A stretch of 64,000 bases of DNA from the human T2T-CHM13v2.0 reference genome, Homo sapiens, in the NCBI RefSeq assembly GCF_009914755.1, contig NC_060925.1; one strand, given 5' to 3'. This document shows, one piece after another, positions 28,165 to 43,590 of this stretch (within the stretch, counting starts at the first letter, position 1; each line of letters starts with the position of its first letter). Under the pieces are notes generated by a model. The model worked only from the letters and a program-made list of their open reading frames with translations, searched no databases and was not told where the DNA came from. The position numbers and the translations under genes are program-made.

Positions 28165-28580
28165 ACATCTTTATCATGTAATTGATACAAGATACCCTCC
28201 CACCACCTAAAATTCAGTTCAGATGTCATGACCATGTTACACACATCAAAAAAATAAAGATATTTATTAGTCACATAATGAGGCTTTCTGGATGGAGAAA
28301 GGCAAGGTCTCAAACAGGTCAGAAAGTAACATGGGAGAGACGTGAAAGGAGACTGGCTGGGGGTGGAGGGGTGTGGTGATTGTGATTAGGAGGCAGGGCT
28401 GGAGGGACCATTCTTGCACACTTGCTGGGCTTACATAGTTTGAACTTCCTTTTGCTCTCAGTGGAACACGTCTAAATTTTCTTAGCAGCTTGCTCTGATG
28501 TGGGGCAGAAGGGGAAATTAAAGTTTTTGGGTCTTGAAATCTGAGTAGTCGAACACAAAGTGAGGTCAGACTCTATTTCA
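28165..28580 (-). mobile_element. ERVL solo LTR, MER54/LTR53-like
   Basis: CCACCACC...TTCAGTTCAGATGTC...TTTATTAGTCACATAATGAGGCTTTCTGG (antisense AATAAA). Ends GTCAGACTCTATTTCA. Confidence 0.6.
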
Positions 28581-29036
28581 GTAAACGTCATGATTTTATC
28601 ACAAGATTTTAAGAACTCATTAACTTTTTTATACAACTACTCTTTCTATTTAATATCCAGAACAGCATAGTGGCCATATTGTTTACTGGAAGGATAAGAA
28701 TAAATTTGGCTCTATGTTTCTGACGACTTAATCCTCTAACAATGTCAGGAATATCCGGCAAAATATTATAGACAATAGAAATTATTAATTCAGAGAAGTG
28801 GTATAAAAGGGTTAAGAGAAATATGCTGTTCAAGAACATTTGACATTTAGCACCTGTAACTGAGAGAGTAGGAAGTGTGCATGTGACAAAGAGAAAGAGA
28901 CAGAAAAATTATAACATTATCTTGACTTTTGTAATCAAGTGTCATTATTCGAGCATCCAAAAAATAATTCCGAATATAGTTGTTTAAAGAAATAGTGAAC
29001 AGTTAATACATTTAGGCCTTTATTTTCATGAATTAA

Positions 29037-29406
<370 letters not shown>

Positions 29407-29566
29407 GGAACACAATTTTTTTATTGCTATTTTTAAATTTTGTTTTTGTTTCTTTTTTTTCCTGTGTTCATTAGACCCTGGTGAGAAAGGATGGAAAAAC
29501 AAAAAAGATACTGAAAATTCTATGCATGTTTTTCCCTTTTCTGGACTTGGTGATATATTCAAATTA

Positions 29567-30029
<463 letters not shown>

Positions 30030-31021
30030 TAGGGATTAATACTTTGAGATGAAGGCGCTGACAAATATTTTGTGATATTCTGTTTTTACGCAGTATTTCT
30101 TCTCTGCCTATGTACTCAGAGCTGTGAGACAGCTAATGCTCTCCAGAGGACTCAGGGAAGGTACCAGCAGGCAACAGCTGTGCAGTAATGGACAGCGTTC
30201 TCCTTGAGTAGAAGCCATATGAAAAGCCATCACGAGGATGGTGAAGCAGAAAAACAGGAGCTGGCTTCCTCCTGAGTGCCATAGAGATATAATCCTGCCG
30301 ATTCACAGAAATACTTGAAGATATGCAAGCAAACATTTTTAGGGCCTGTGAGATGAAACTGAGGCTAAGACAATATTATTATAATATCAATTTGGAATCC
30401 ATGTGCTGGTGAGGGGTTGTTTTAGAAACAAAAGCTACTGACATTACTATTGACTTTTTTTTTAAATGGAGTAGTTACTAAAATGTAGACAAAAATCAAA
30501 CTTTAGATGGAGAATAGGAGTATAATCTTGATTACAATTAACAATACATGTTCTTCAACCATGCGTAATATTCATAGTACATAATGAAAATTATTAATTC
30601 TTTAAATGTGAAGATTTAATATGATATTTGATTAAAACAGGATGACATGTTTATCTTTTATAATTTATTCTATGTATGTAGTATGCTCATTATTTAAATA
30701 AAAGACAGGCAAATGTTATCAACTGCAGGGAAATTTATCTCTGTTGTGCCATGAACTGTGTCAATTAGGGAGGTATTTGGCTCTGAGAAATAGAAAAAAA
30801 TAACAAACAGTGGCTGAAATAATTAATGAGTATATTTATATTTTACATGAAAAGATGTCTGTTGAGAAGCCTTTAATATCCAGTATATGAGCATTTTTCA
30901 TCTTCCTCTACCACCAACCTTTGAGCTTTAAACTGAACTTTGGGGCTACAATATCACTGTTACACCATTTGATATTGAAATAGTGAGAGAAAAATAGCAA
31001 CAACAAGAAGTTCCTCTCCAG

Positions 31022-31440
31022 TTTCTTTTTTTTTCTTCTATTTTCTCTGTTCTCTCCTCTCCTTTCCTCTTTCCTTCCCTTCCCCTCCCTTCCGTTCCTC
31101 TTTCCTTCCTCTCTTGTTCCTTCCTTCCTCCCTCCCTCACTCCCTTCCTTCCTTCCTTCCTCACTCCCTTCCTCCTTCTGTCTCTCCCTCCTTTCCTTTC
31201 CTCCCTCCCTCCTTCCCTCCCTCCCTCTTCCTCCCTCCCTCCCTTCTTTCCTTTTCCCTTCCCTTTCCTTTCTTCCTTCCTTCTTCCTTCCTTCCTCACT
31301 CCCTTCCTTCTTCCCTCTCCCTCCCTTCCTTTCCTACCTCCCTCTCTCCCTCCTTTCCTTTCCTGCATCCCTCCATTCTTTCCCCTCCCTCAGTCCCTCT
31401 CTTCCTTCCTTCCCTCCTTCCCTCTTTTCTTTTTTACTTT
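31022..31440. repeat. Polypyrimidine (CCTT/CCCT)n low-complexity tract, about 420 bp
   Basis: Almost exclusively C/T on the + strand, with recurring TTCCTCACTCCCTTCCT-like sub-units. Confidence 0.97.
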
Positions 31441-31532
31441 CATTTGGGAATGGGAAAACTTTCCCAAGAATTTCTGCCATCTCCAAATCTGTCACTATAA
31501 ATCAATCCTAAGTTCAAAGGGAGGCTGGATGC

Positions 31533-31825
<293 letters not shown>

Positions 31826-32849
31826 TGCTTTCTAGCTTCTATAGCAGAACCAGCCAGGGAGAAGGAGGTTGAAATAGTTGTGGAGGGAGTCAGTTTGCAA
31901 TATTTATTATGTGAATCTCTTATCAGTCATAGTTATATGCCCAAGTATTCGACTTCTATGTTTCATGCACAGAAACAAAGAAAAAGAAAGTAAAAATAGT
32001 GGGGCTGCAAATTGATTTAGCCAGGGCATTGTTGTCATCACCATCCAGCACTAAATGCTACAGATTGCTGTGCTTACACTTTGAAAGTTAGCTTGGATGA
32101 TAACAGCCAGTGCTGCCACTGATGCCCAAGGATCACTGTCTTAATCCAAGACATGAACGTTCTGTTAAAATAATTGATATGCAGGAAAAATATTGGGCAG
32201 CCAGACAAATATGGCAAATGCCCACTACAAATTCTTTTGAGAATCTCATGAAATTCTTGTACTCTGTCAACAGAAAAAAGCAAAAATACTCATTCTCAAC
32301 TTTTGTTGTTGCTGTTGTTAAATATGGACATATAGAACTTACTCTTGCAATCTCAGAGCAGTAGATACATAAAAAGCACATTCTAAGATATAATTTTCTT
32401 AAACATTTAGTGAGTAAATAGTCTGAAGCAACTCTAGTGAAAATATCCTTTGTCCTCCTTTTCTCTGGCACCTTGAAGTTCTGGGAGGCATTCTTACTTT
32501 CTTTTCTCAAAAGATTTCTTAGATCAATTTGACTTCTTTTCCTGCCATTTTAGCACCTTAATCCCTCTATCCTTTACAGATTAAACTCTTTTCTATAAGC
32601 TCTCTTGATTCATTGACCCTCCCACAACGCTACTATTTCAGTAATATTCCTTTAAAAATTGTGGCTTATTCCTTTTATTCACAAGACAAAGAAGTGGAGA
32701 GGAGGCAAAGATGAAACACTGCAATGCTCTAGCAAGAGATCAGAGAGATAGCATTCATGGAATTTTAAAAATCTATTGATCAGTGTGTGTACCTAGGTCA
32801 AGAGTTACTCAGTTATACGATAAGATAGTATTAAGATGTAAACATATTA

Positions 32850-34720
<1,871 letters not shown>

Positions 34721-35317
34721 AACATTTGACTAACTCTTATTGATTGTATCAATGAAGACAGAATACACACCTTGCATACTGTAATGTTAATAGGGAGGTT
34801 AAAGTAAGTTTTAAAACTTGGTATGTTTTTGTTGTTTCTTTCTACTTTAAGCAAAATTTTTGCAAGAGAAATGTAAACAGTCTAAACCTATGCTGTCTGC
34901 AAATTGCAATAGATGTAGACAGAATTTTGCTAAAGCTGCTTATGGACTGCCAGCTACTTTGATGGAGAATTTGGAGATTTGAAGACTTTTGGCATCATGT
35001 CACAAGATACAGCAGTTATAAGCTGTGACCCTAAATTGTGACTTTTATGAAAAAATACATATTTGGCCCAAACTTATATATACATCTTCTTTTATGAGTT
35101 TCTATGCTGTGATGGGAGCCAGTGTGGAGAAAATCAGCACAGGAAGGAGATTAAGATCCTACCCAGCTGCTTGTTTCATATAGGCACAGTAAAATGAAGA
35201 GACAGAGAGAGATAAGTAGCGAACAGAGGATACAAGTATAGTACAAAGCTCTCAAACTTAAAAACTACATATAGACAAGATCTGTAGTAACTTGTATATA
35301 GAAGTGACCAGAAGCAA

Positions 35318-35638
35318 ATAGACTATATGTGTGTACATATATACATATACATAGTCTCTCTCCATATATATATATAGATAGATAGAGTTGTACAATTGCA
35401 ATTATACACATACTATATATATTAGGGATTATACATATATAATTACAATTTTATATATATATAGTTATATATAAGGAATAGTCTCTCTCTATATAGTCTC
35501 TCTCCATATATGTATAGGTAGAGTTGTACAATTGCAATTATACACATACTATATGTATTAGGGATTATACATATACAATTACAATTATATATATAGTTAT
35601 ATATTTTTATATAGTTCTATATTATATATAGTTCTATA

Positions 35639-35676
<38 letters not shown>

Positions 35677-35696
35677 AATAGTCTCTCTCTATATAT
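35318..35696. repeat. TA-rich region with a ~142-bp tandem duplication and a (TA)n run
   Basis: ATAGTCTCTCTCCATATA...GAGTTGTACAATTGCAATTATACACATACTAT...GGAATAGTCTCTCTCTAT starts at 35351 and again at 35493. Confidence 0.92.
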
Positions 35697-36098
35697 GAGA
35701 TGAATTGTATTGCCAAGAGTTGTGTTGTCAAAATAAGAAAAGTTAAAATTGTTCAACTCTTAAATCACACATAAGAAATAGCCTAAAAATGTTGTATATT
35801 ATCCACTGATGACTTATCTGTAGGATGCACAGCTATTAGTAATGGGGAAGTTTACAGGTATTACCTTTTCAAACTTTACTTCTTTTCATAATCTTTATTT
35901 TCTCTTTTAGGGTCCATAATTGACCAATTTTAAATATTCTCATTCTATCCCCATGCCGTATATTATTCACTGGCTCTTGTTATATTTAAATCTCTCTGTG
36001 CTTCACTTTAATTTGTCACTCAAATCTACCTTCTATTCACTATTAGTTTTTTAGTATGTCTAATGGGCCCTACATTTTTGGTTTCAGGACCTTTAAAA

Positions 36099-36100
<2 letters not shown>

Positions 36101-36143
<43 letters not shown>
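36101..36143. repeat. (TG)n microsatellite, about 21 units
   Basis: Pure TG run followed by TATG units. Confidence 0.98.
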
Positions 36144-36152
<9 letters not shown>

Positions 36153-36804
36153 AAATACTATCTATATAGCTTCCAAATATCATAGGCCATGATATAATCT
36201 TTTGTTCCTTGCTCATTTTTTGTGATACCTTCTTTCTTGTCATATGTATTTGATAGATAGTAATTTTGTGTTCTATATTTATAATTGCAATATCTTTAAT
36301 GTTTGAGGGACTAAACCTGAGGCTTTTTTGTAAATTTTAGCCTCTAGAAAACAGTAATGAGATGGTAATTTCCTTTCGGTGTTATCCTACATTTTGCTTT
36401 TGCTCATTGCCTTCACGTTCCTGCTCTTATTTTGCTGCCCTGGTTGCCATTGTATTTTATTTTTATTTTAGAGGTCGGCTAGAGAAGCCTACAACTCATT
36501 TAGCTATGCCTGTTGCAATCTATGTAGTGTACATTTGCATTTTAGTGTGATGACTCTTCAGAGAATCTGGTTCAACATACTTCCACCAATGGTAAATTGT
36601 TTCCTGCCTAATCATATTATAAGCCACACAAACTGATTCATCTAAATTTTTTCACATGAATTTACTTTAAAATTCAGATAGCATATGTACATGGAACACC
36701 TACTATGTTGCCATAAACTCTGCTTGATGTTAGTTACACAAAATTGATTTAAAAAGCTGTCCCAGAATTTTTTAATCTGTTATTCATTTAGTTATGCAAG
36801 ATTC

Positions 36805-37075
36805 ATTAGTTCTGGAGATTGAAAGTACAACAAAGTGACTATAGTTAACAATCTTTTATTGTACACTTGAAATTTACTAAGAGTGGTAGAGCTTCAGTGT
36901 TCTCACCTCAAAAAAAAGAAAGAAAAATAAAATGGTAACTATCTGAGGTGATTAATATATTAATTATTATGAATGTGGTCATTTCATAATGTATATGTAT
37001 ATCAATTATCCAATTGTACACCTTAAATATATACCAGTTTTAATTGTCAAACATACCTTAATAAAATTTTTAAAA
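36805..37075 (+). mobile_element. L1MA/L1MB 3' end fragment
   Basis: AGTTCTGGAGAT...GTGACTATAGTTAACAA...ACTTGAAATTTACTAAGAG...TGTACACCTTAAATATATAC...CCTTAATAAA. Confidence 0.85.
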
Positions 37076-37079
37076 TGAA

Positions 37080-38020
37080 AGGTAACCCAGTATGTCTAAG
37101 ATTTGAGGTTCACCTGGAATGACAAATATGAAATCAATTAACTAATATAATACAACATGAAATAATAAGGTAAAAGACAATGTTCAAATGGTGATTGTTT
37201 TAGTATTTTCTGTTGTTTATGACTAAAAACCTTGATATGTGAGGTTTAAACAAGACACAATAGAAGTACAAGTAAAATAGAACTTATATCTCCCTGTAGA
37301 AGTCAAGGAAGGCTTCACAGAAAGAAGTAGTACAGATTAAGGGAAAAATGAGAAAATTAATATAACTTGAAAAATCATTTAGAAATAAGTAGATATATCA
37401 GGTTTCACAGGAAAGAGAAGTCATGCACTGAAATATTTCTATTTTATTATGTCATCATTGGGCAATTAGAAAAGAATTTGAATTGCCCATAAATTACCAA
37501 TAAATAGTGCCATGAATAATGGGAATCTAAAAGAGAGTTAGTGAGGCCCATAAAAGCAGATGAAAGCATCTGAAAGCAGATAATGAATTTGTAAGTAGTG
37601 GGATCAGGATGAAAATATGGGAACAGAAAATTCATAATTACATTTTAAATGGGGAAGGCATCTAGAAGGGTTTCTAGTTCAGAGTCTGGGCAAGTGAATA
37701 AAGAGGGGTATTATTGATCAAGAGGAAAAATGAAGGAGAAAGAGAAGCAGATATTTGAAGATTTTTTTGTTCGGACTGAGTTGAAGGTGATCAACAATAT
37801 TCAGGAGATGATATTTGCTGTTTAGTTGAATATAGAAAAATACTGTTTCACATAAAGTGAGAGAAAATGTGACGGACATTATTGATTTTTAAATTTTTTT
37901 TGCATGGACTTTATTTGGAGACTTTTAAAAACACAAAGCGGAAATGTAGGAGAATCTTAGGCAATCTAATACTTATGGGCAGACAGACAGCATAAAAGAG
38001 CCTACGGAGAAAAATCACAA
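37080..38020 (-). mobile_element. L2 LINE remnant (its 3' end probably at about 36680-36760)
   Basis: Purine-rich strand with AGTCAAGGAAGGCTTCACAGAA and GACTGAGTTGAAGGTG...GGAGATG. GAACACCTACTATGT lies upstream of the intervening L1 piece. Confidence 0.6.
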
Positions 38021-39203
38021 CGATTTTTAACCTTCTTAGCCTTCGTACACTGTTTGCTCTACTGTGTATTTTCATACTCTGAAAATGACTAGATTAATGT
38101 TAGATAAATGTTGTTACCCAAAAGTGGATCTTTTCTCCGGTTGCCAAATTGTGTACATCTACAAAATTGCTGTGTTGAAGAAGATGTTTTATTATGCTGT
38201 TTTAAGAAATTGTTTCATTGTGCTGAAAATTAACCAAGTAGTCTTTTGAACATTAAAGCAAAGCCTATGCTCTGCCTCCAGATTTTGAAAAAGAGATAAG
38301 AATTTCTTAATGTTCTCAGTTTTGATTGCCACTCTGTTGATCATTACTTCCCCTCCTCTCCTGCTCCTCCTAATTGTGCTCTTACTGAAATGCCTCATAG
38401 TCATGAATACTATTAGGTTTGCAATCCTTGTATTTGATAAAAACCCAGTTGTATCTTCTCTTTCTCTTCTTTTTAGGACATGTGTTATACATAGTAAGCT
38501 TCTTGGTTCCCCAATTCTAAAGCCACATAATTTGTGGTCTCTTAGCAACAGACTAGAGAGTCTACAGATGCATTTATTTATATGCTTGATTTCTGAACAA
38601 TAGACAAACTGTGTATCATTCAAGGAATGTCTTAAACTATTTTCTGTAGTCGACAGGAGTATTTAAATGGCAAAATTAAAAGGTTTCATAGATATCACTT
38701 AGCTTATTTTTAGAAAATCTCAAAGCATTTAATTATTCTTGTTATAAAAATAGGTTAAGGGTTGAGACCACTCACCTCACCGAAAATTTTTAAATAAATG
38801 TAAAAAGTACAGACGAATGATTAAGACTTATTAGCAGGAGTGCAGGCTAAATATTACATGTAAGACAAAGATGAATAAAATTCTTTTAAAAGGAATAGTC
38901 CCTGATCATTAAGTAAATCATTAAGTAAATCTTTAGATTTCTGAATCTTTAGACTTAGAAATTCTAAATCTAAATCATCTTTAGAAAACTCTTTCATGTC
39001 TAAGAACTTCCCTGATTCATTTTAAATAACAGATGAACTTCCATTCACTTTAAGTAGAAATTCACTAACTAGAACATCTATCCAAACATATAACTCTAAA
39101 CTCTGAACCTGACTTAACAATAACTATTATTTTTTTTTTCCACAAGATCAGGACTGCTCTAGTTTAGAAGCTTGTAATGGGAATAGGGGCTGTGAGTGGT
39201 TGG

Positions 39204-39690
39204 TGTATTTGTGTCCTGTGTTCACTACCACAAATCTGCAACCATTTAGTGGCTTAAAACAACACAAATTTATCGTCTTAAAGTTCTTGAGGCCTAAATC
39301 TAATGGTGCTAAAATCAAGTTGTCTGCAGGATGGTTCTTTCTGAAGGCTCTGAGGGGAGAATATATTTCTTCATGTCTTTCTGCTTTCCCTGGCCGCCTG
39401 TACTCCTTGGCTTGTAGCCATTACCTCCATATTCAAATTGCATCACTTCAATCTCCACATCAGTTATTACACCGCCCTCTCCTCTGATTTTGACTTCTAC
39501 TGGGTCCCCTTATAAAGCCCATGGAGATTATATCTGGCCTACTCAGATAATGTGGGATAACCCCTCCTTCTTCTCAAGATCATTAATTTAAATACACTTG
39601 CAAAATCTCTTTTGCCATTTAAGGTCATATTTACAGGTTCCAGGGATTAGGACATGGACGTATATGGAGGACAATTACACAGGCTCATAG
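39204..39690 (-). mobile_element. MLT1C/D solo LTR
   Basis: TTTAGTGGCTTAAAACAACACAAATTTAT...CTAAAATCAAG...GGCTCTGAGGGGAGAAT...TCTCAAGATCATTAATTT...ACAGGTTCCAGGGATTAGGACATGGAC. Confidence 0.88.
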
Positions 39691-39944
39691 TTGATTTGGC
39701 CTGTATTTGTCTTCCTTGAATTTATATTCTCTCAAAGGAATTTTTATTTACAAGAATTTCCTTTTTATTTCTGTATATTTGTTTTTATATGTTTGATACC
39801 ATGTAGGAGTCCTAGATCTGTGAAAATGGCTTTTATAGTCTTTGAAAATACTACATATAAACATTTTCCACTGCACTTTCAATTCTCACATATGGCTTAT
39901 TTTGGTACCTAGTTTCATACAAATTTTAATATTTATTTAAAATA

Positions 39945-40600
39945 AAAACCTAGAGAAAGAGCATTTCAGGCACAGAGAAAAGTATGCTCCAAAACTATGC
40001 GGTGTGTATAAGCCTGATGGTTTGAGGGAAGATCAAGAAGTTTGTTGGGACTAGATTAGGGTTGCCAGATAAAAAACAAGACACCTAGTTATATTCGAAT
40101 TCTACATTTAAATAAATGTTTTAGTCTAAGTATGCTCCAACTATTGCATAAGACATACTTACACTTTTAAAGGTTTTGTTTTGTTTTAAAATTAAATCAA
40201 GCTGCATGGTTATTATTTTCCCCTTTTTTGATAAATCTGGAAACCCTAGCCTAGCTTATGGTTGATAACCATGTGTACAGTTGGTGATGTTACGTAAGAA
40301 GTCAGGATTACAACATGCATGGCCAGCAGGTCAAAAAAAAATGGTTGTATATTTTCTACATGCAATTCAAAACTACTAGAAGATTTTAAGCATTAAAATG
40401 ATAGATATGATCTTATTTTTGTTCCAGGATGATCACATTGGTATCTTGGTGGTGGATAGATTATTATAGGATATGTTTGAAAGCAAGAAGTCAGTATAAG
40501 TAGCTGCCTGACGTCTTGTTGAGAGATGATGGTGACTTGGATCTAGGACCTGACGAAAAAGAGCAAAGGGTCATCAACAGGGAGACAAGAGCTCAATTGG
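39945..40600 (-). mobile_element. L2 remnant hosting MER53
   Basis: GAAAGAGCATTTCAGGCACAGAGAA...AAGATTTTAAGCA...GATCACATTGG...GAGAGATGATGGTGACTTGGA. Confidence 0.7.
40057..40248. mobile_element. MER53 hAT MITE
   Basis: TIRs TAGGGTTGCCAGAT / ATCTGGAAACCCTA. 8-bp TSD GACTAGAT / GCCTAGCT (6/8 match). Confidence 0.88.
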
Positions 40601-41814
40601 GAGCAAGGTGGTGCTTCAGAAGATAATTGAATAACTTAGGTTCAAATAGGATAGATAGAAGATTGGGGAAAATTTCCTAAACATCAAAGCTGAATATGTT
40701 GAGCAGTGAGCAGAAACCTTTTATTCTGTAAAAGCAACCCTAGGGAAAGGGTAAGTTTCTTCTCTTTGTAAGGAAGTAGCAATAAGAAGGAAATAAAGTT
40801 TCGGTATCTGCAATATTTAATAGTCTGCAAAAGAGTTATAAGAGTGTTAGCATACTTCTTCAAGAAGATTCTATTTTTCACTTATTATAAATATGCCAGG
40901 GAACATATTATACTTTCCTAAATCATAAGCAAATTTCTAGAAACCAACTGTTTAAACTTTAGCACCATTTTACAATAGAAGTTTGGGTTTTTGCCTAATT
41001 TTTACTAGTTTTTTCTTTCCTTCAACAGATTTTAGCAGCAAATATGCTACTAATTTTTTAAAAATTATAATAACATATTAGGTAGACATAATGTAAATTT
41101 AAAATATTGATACCTATGAAGAGTATTATTAGAGAAAACAAAAAATTAGCCTATCTTGGAGCTCATGCAGCATCTAATGTATTTACCACTTTTCATGTTT
41201 CTCCGAATGTAATTTCTTGCAATGTTGCCTGTTGTCAGTAATTAGAGCAGCAAATTCTCTTTTCCAACAAAGGTAGTCCTGCAGCATTTGTATTGTTACA
41301 AGTATTGCTGCATTGCTGGTAAATCAATAATTATTCATCAGCAAGAACAATTTCTTTCATTTTTCTTCTCGTCATGGTAATCTCCCTTTAGTTATTTTCT
41401 TCTGTCTAAATTACCAGAACATAAAGATTTTAGTATAAACTTCAGGAAAGACTTATGTTCATTAGATAATTTTTATAAATAGAATAATGTATATAAAAGA
41501 TTTAGTAGCATTGGCTACGATTAATATTTTTAGAAAATCATTAGTTGGACACAAAATTAGCACACAAGATAGTTTTATTTCCACTCCATAAAGGAGTATG
41601 AATGGAGTGGAAATAAAAATTTAAAAATAAAATAAAATAAACAAATATTTTAAAATCACACGTATCTACTCACTAGATAATGTCACTTTGAAAAAGAGAT
41701 ATAGAAATCAGGTAATAGTGTTGGATATGCCATAAAACAAATGAATAATAACATAAACTGTAGTGCCTAGAACATTCACTTTTTTAAACAAAATCCAATT
41801 TAAAATCTTTGTCT

Positions 41815-42133
41815 TACACAGGCACAATGGCTCCTGCAGGTAATCCCAGAACTTTGGGAGGCCTAGGCAGGAGGATTGCTTGAATCCTTGAGTTCAAGAC
41901 CAGCCTAGGCAACATAGAGAGACCCTATCTCTACAAAAATAAAAATTAAAAAAATTAGTCAGATATGGTGGCACATGCCTGTGGTCCCAGCTACTCAGGA
42001 GTCTGAGGTGAGAGGATTGCTTGAGCCAGGAGGTGGCAGCTGCAGTGAGCTCTGATTGTGCCACTATATTCCAGCCTAGGTGACAGAGCAAGACCCTGTC
42101 TCTAAAAAATTAAAAAATAATAAACAATAAAAA
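41815..42133 (+). mobile_element. AluJ
   Basis: GGAGGATTGCTTGA in both arms, GCAACATAGAGAGACCC, GGCAGCTGCAGTGAGC, A-rich tail. Confidence 0.95.
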
Positions 42134-43419
42134 ATTGCTCTTATTTTTTCAAAGGGTTAAGGTTACCTGGAGTTAGCAAATATGTTGCTTTATGCTTAAT
42201 AACGACATTATAATAACATATGTCTCACATATTTCATTAGGATAGTAACTCCCCAGAGCAAGTTACTGTGTAAACAAAAAGAATTTCAAACTTCATAATC
42301 ACTTTTAATAAGAATTGTCCTATTTTAAACTACTAACAGTACGTCAAGGTATCTGTTTTGTCAACATTATCTTTTGTCATTTAAAAAAAACAACACAACT
42401 CATCTTTGTGAATTTAATAATAAAATATCTCAGTAGGTTTTCAATATACATTTCGTAAATAATATTTTTGAGAATAATCAATTCTTACAATATTTAAATA
42501 TACATATTTTCTTCAAAAATATGTTCTTTTTCTTAGAATACTTTATTGTGAGTAAATATATTATCAATTATTAATTTTTCTTTAATTTTAAAATCATGTA
42601 TATCCTTTGACGATTATGTAGCATTCATTGAGAATATTTTAACAAGTTTCTTATTTGACCTTTTATTTTGTTTTATTTATTTGTGTTGGCTTGGACTTGT
42701 TTTGACATATTGTGTATGTTCAAATTGTCTACCTTTTATTTTGTAAAAATATCTGTGATTTGTGTTTTAAACATTTTTCCTCAGTTAAAAATTTAATTAT
42801 TATTATTTTGTTGTTTTGTTTTCCCAATGACTTAATTTTTGATACTATCTCACTATTATGGCTTGAGTGCTTTACATATTCCTCTTGTATAAAAGAATTA
42901 TAATGAATGCTTATATAATTTTACGTTCAAGTAATGTGTAACCAAACATTTCAAATGTTCAGATTAATATTAAAAATTAATTTTGTTTTAATACTTGAAT
43001 TTTGTTACAGTTATTTAAGATAGTTAATGTGATTATAAAATATAATTATTGAATAAATAATATCAGATTCTCTACTATAATACTTATTTAAATCTCATTT
43101 ATGTTGCCTGATTAATTAATGGAATTATTAAAAGCTGAAGTCAGCAAGTTAGAAAAAAAAACAGCATCCTTAATTTTTAAAAATGAGTTTTATGTTACAT
43201 AATTTAAAGTCTTTCTGGTATCTAGCCAAGCATTCAACTGAGAAAAAGTGTGTGCTGCCGTCACATTTCTTGCCATCACATTCTTTATAAAGATCACACT
43301 GGGTCACTGTGACCAGAAGCCAAGATTTTTTTCTCCTACTTGATCTTATTTACACATCTGTTATTTATAATGATTGCCAAAATTAATTTCATGTTAAGCC
43401 ATAATATAAAATGTTACAC

Positions 43420-43590
43420 TCTATTTATTCAGAATCTATTCTTTGTGTTATCAGACTGTATTTAATCTCTCACAACTGAGTAGGTATTATTCTTATTTTA
43501 CAGAGGACAAAAGTGACTCTCAGAAAATTTAATGAATTCAGCTGGTAAATAACATGATAAAATATCATTCTAGATCTTTACATCATGTAC
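43420..43590 (-). mobile_element. MIR fragment
   Basis: ATTTAATCTCTCACAAC...GTAGGTATTATT...ATTTTACAGAGGA...GACTCTCAGAAA, the MIR core antisense. Confidence 0.7.

Noticed and set aside
30946-31500. 140-aa G/R/E/K-rich and 128-aa P/S/L/F-rich ORFs
   Set aside because: Stop-free only because of the CT-rich low-complexity tract.
32074-32510. Overlapping 69-125 aa ORFs
   Set aside because: No recognisable domain and no supporting exon structure; within chance ORF length.
38192-38623. 143-aa ORF (-) and hydrophobic 97-aa ORF (+)
   Set aside because: No recognisable homology. The composition reflects a pyrimidine-rich, possibly L2-derived strand, and the 143-aa ORF starts at a non-ATG codon.
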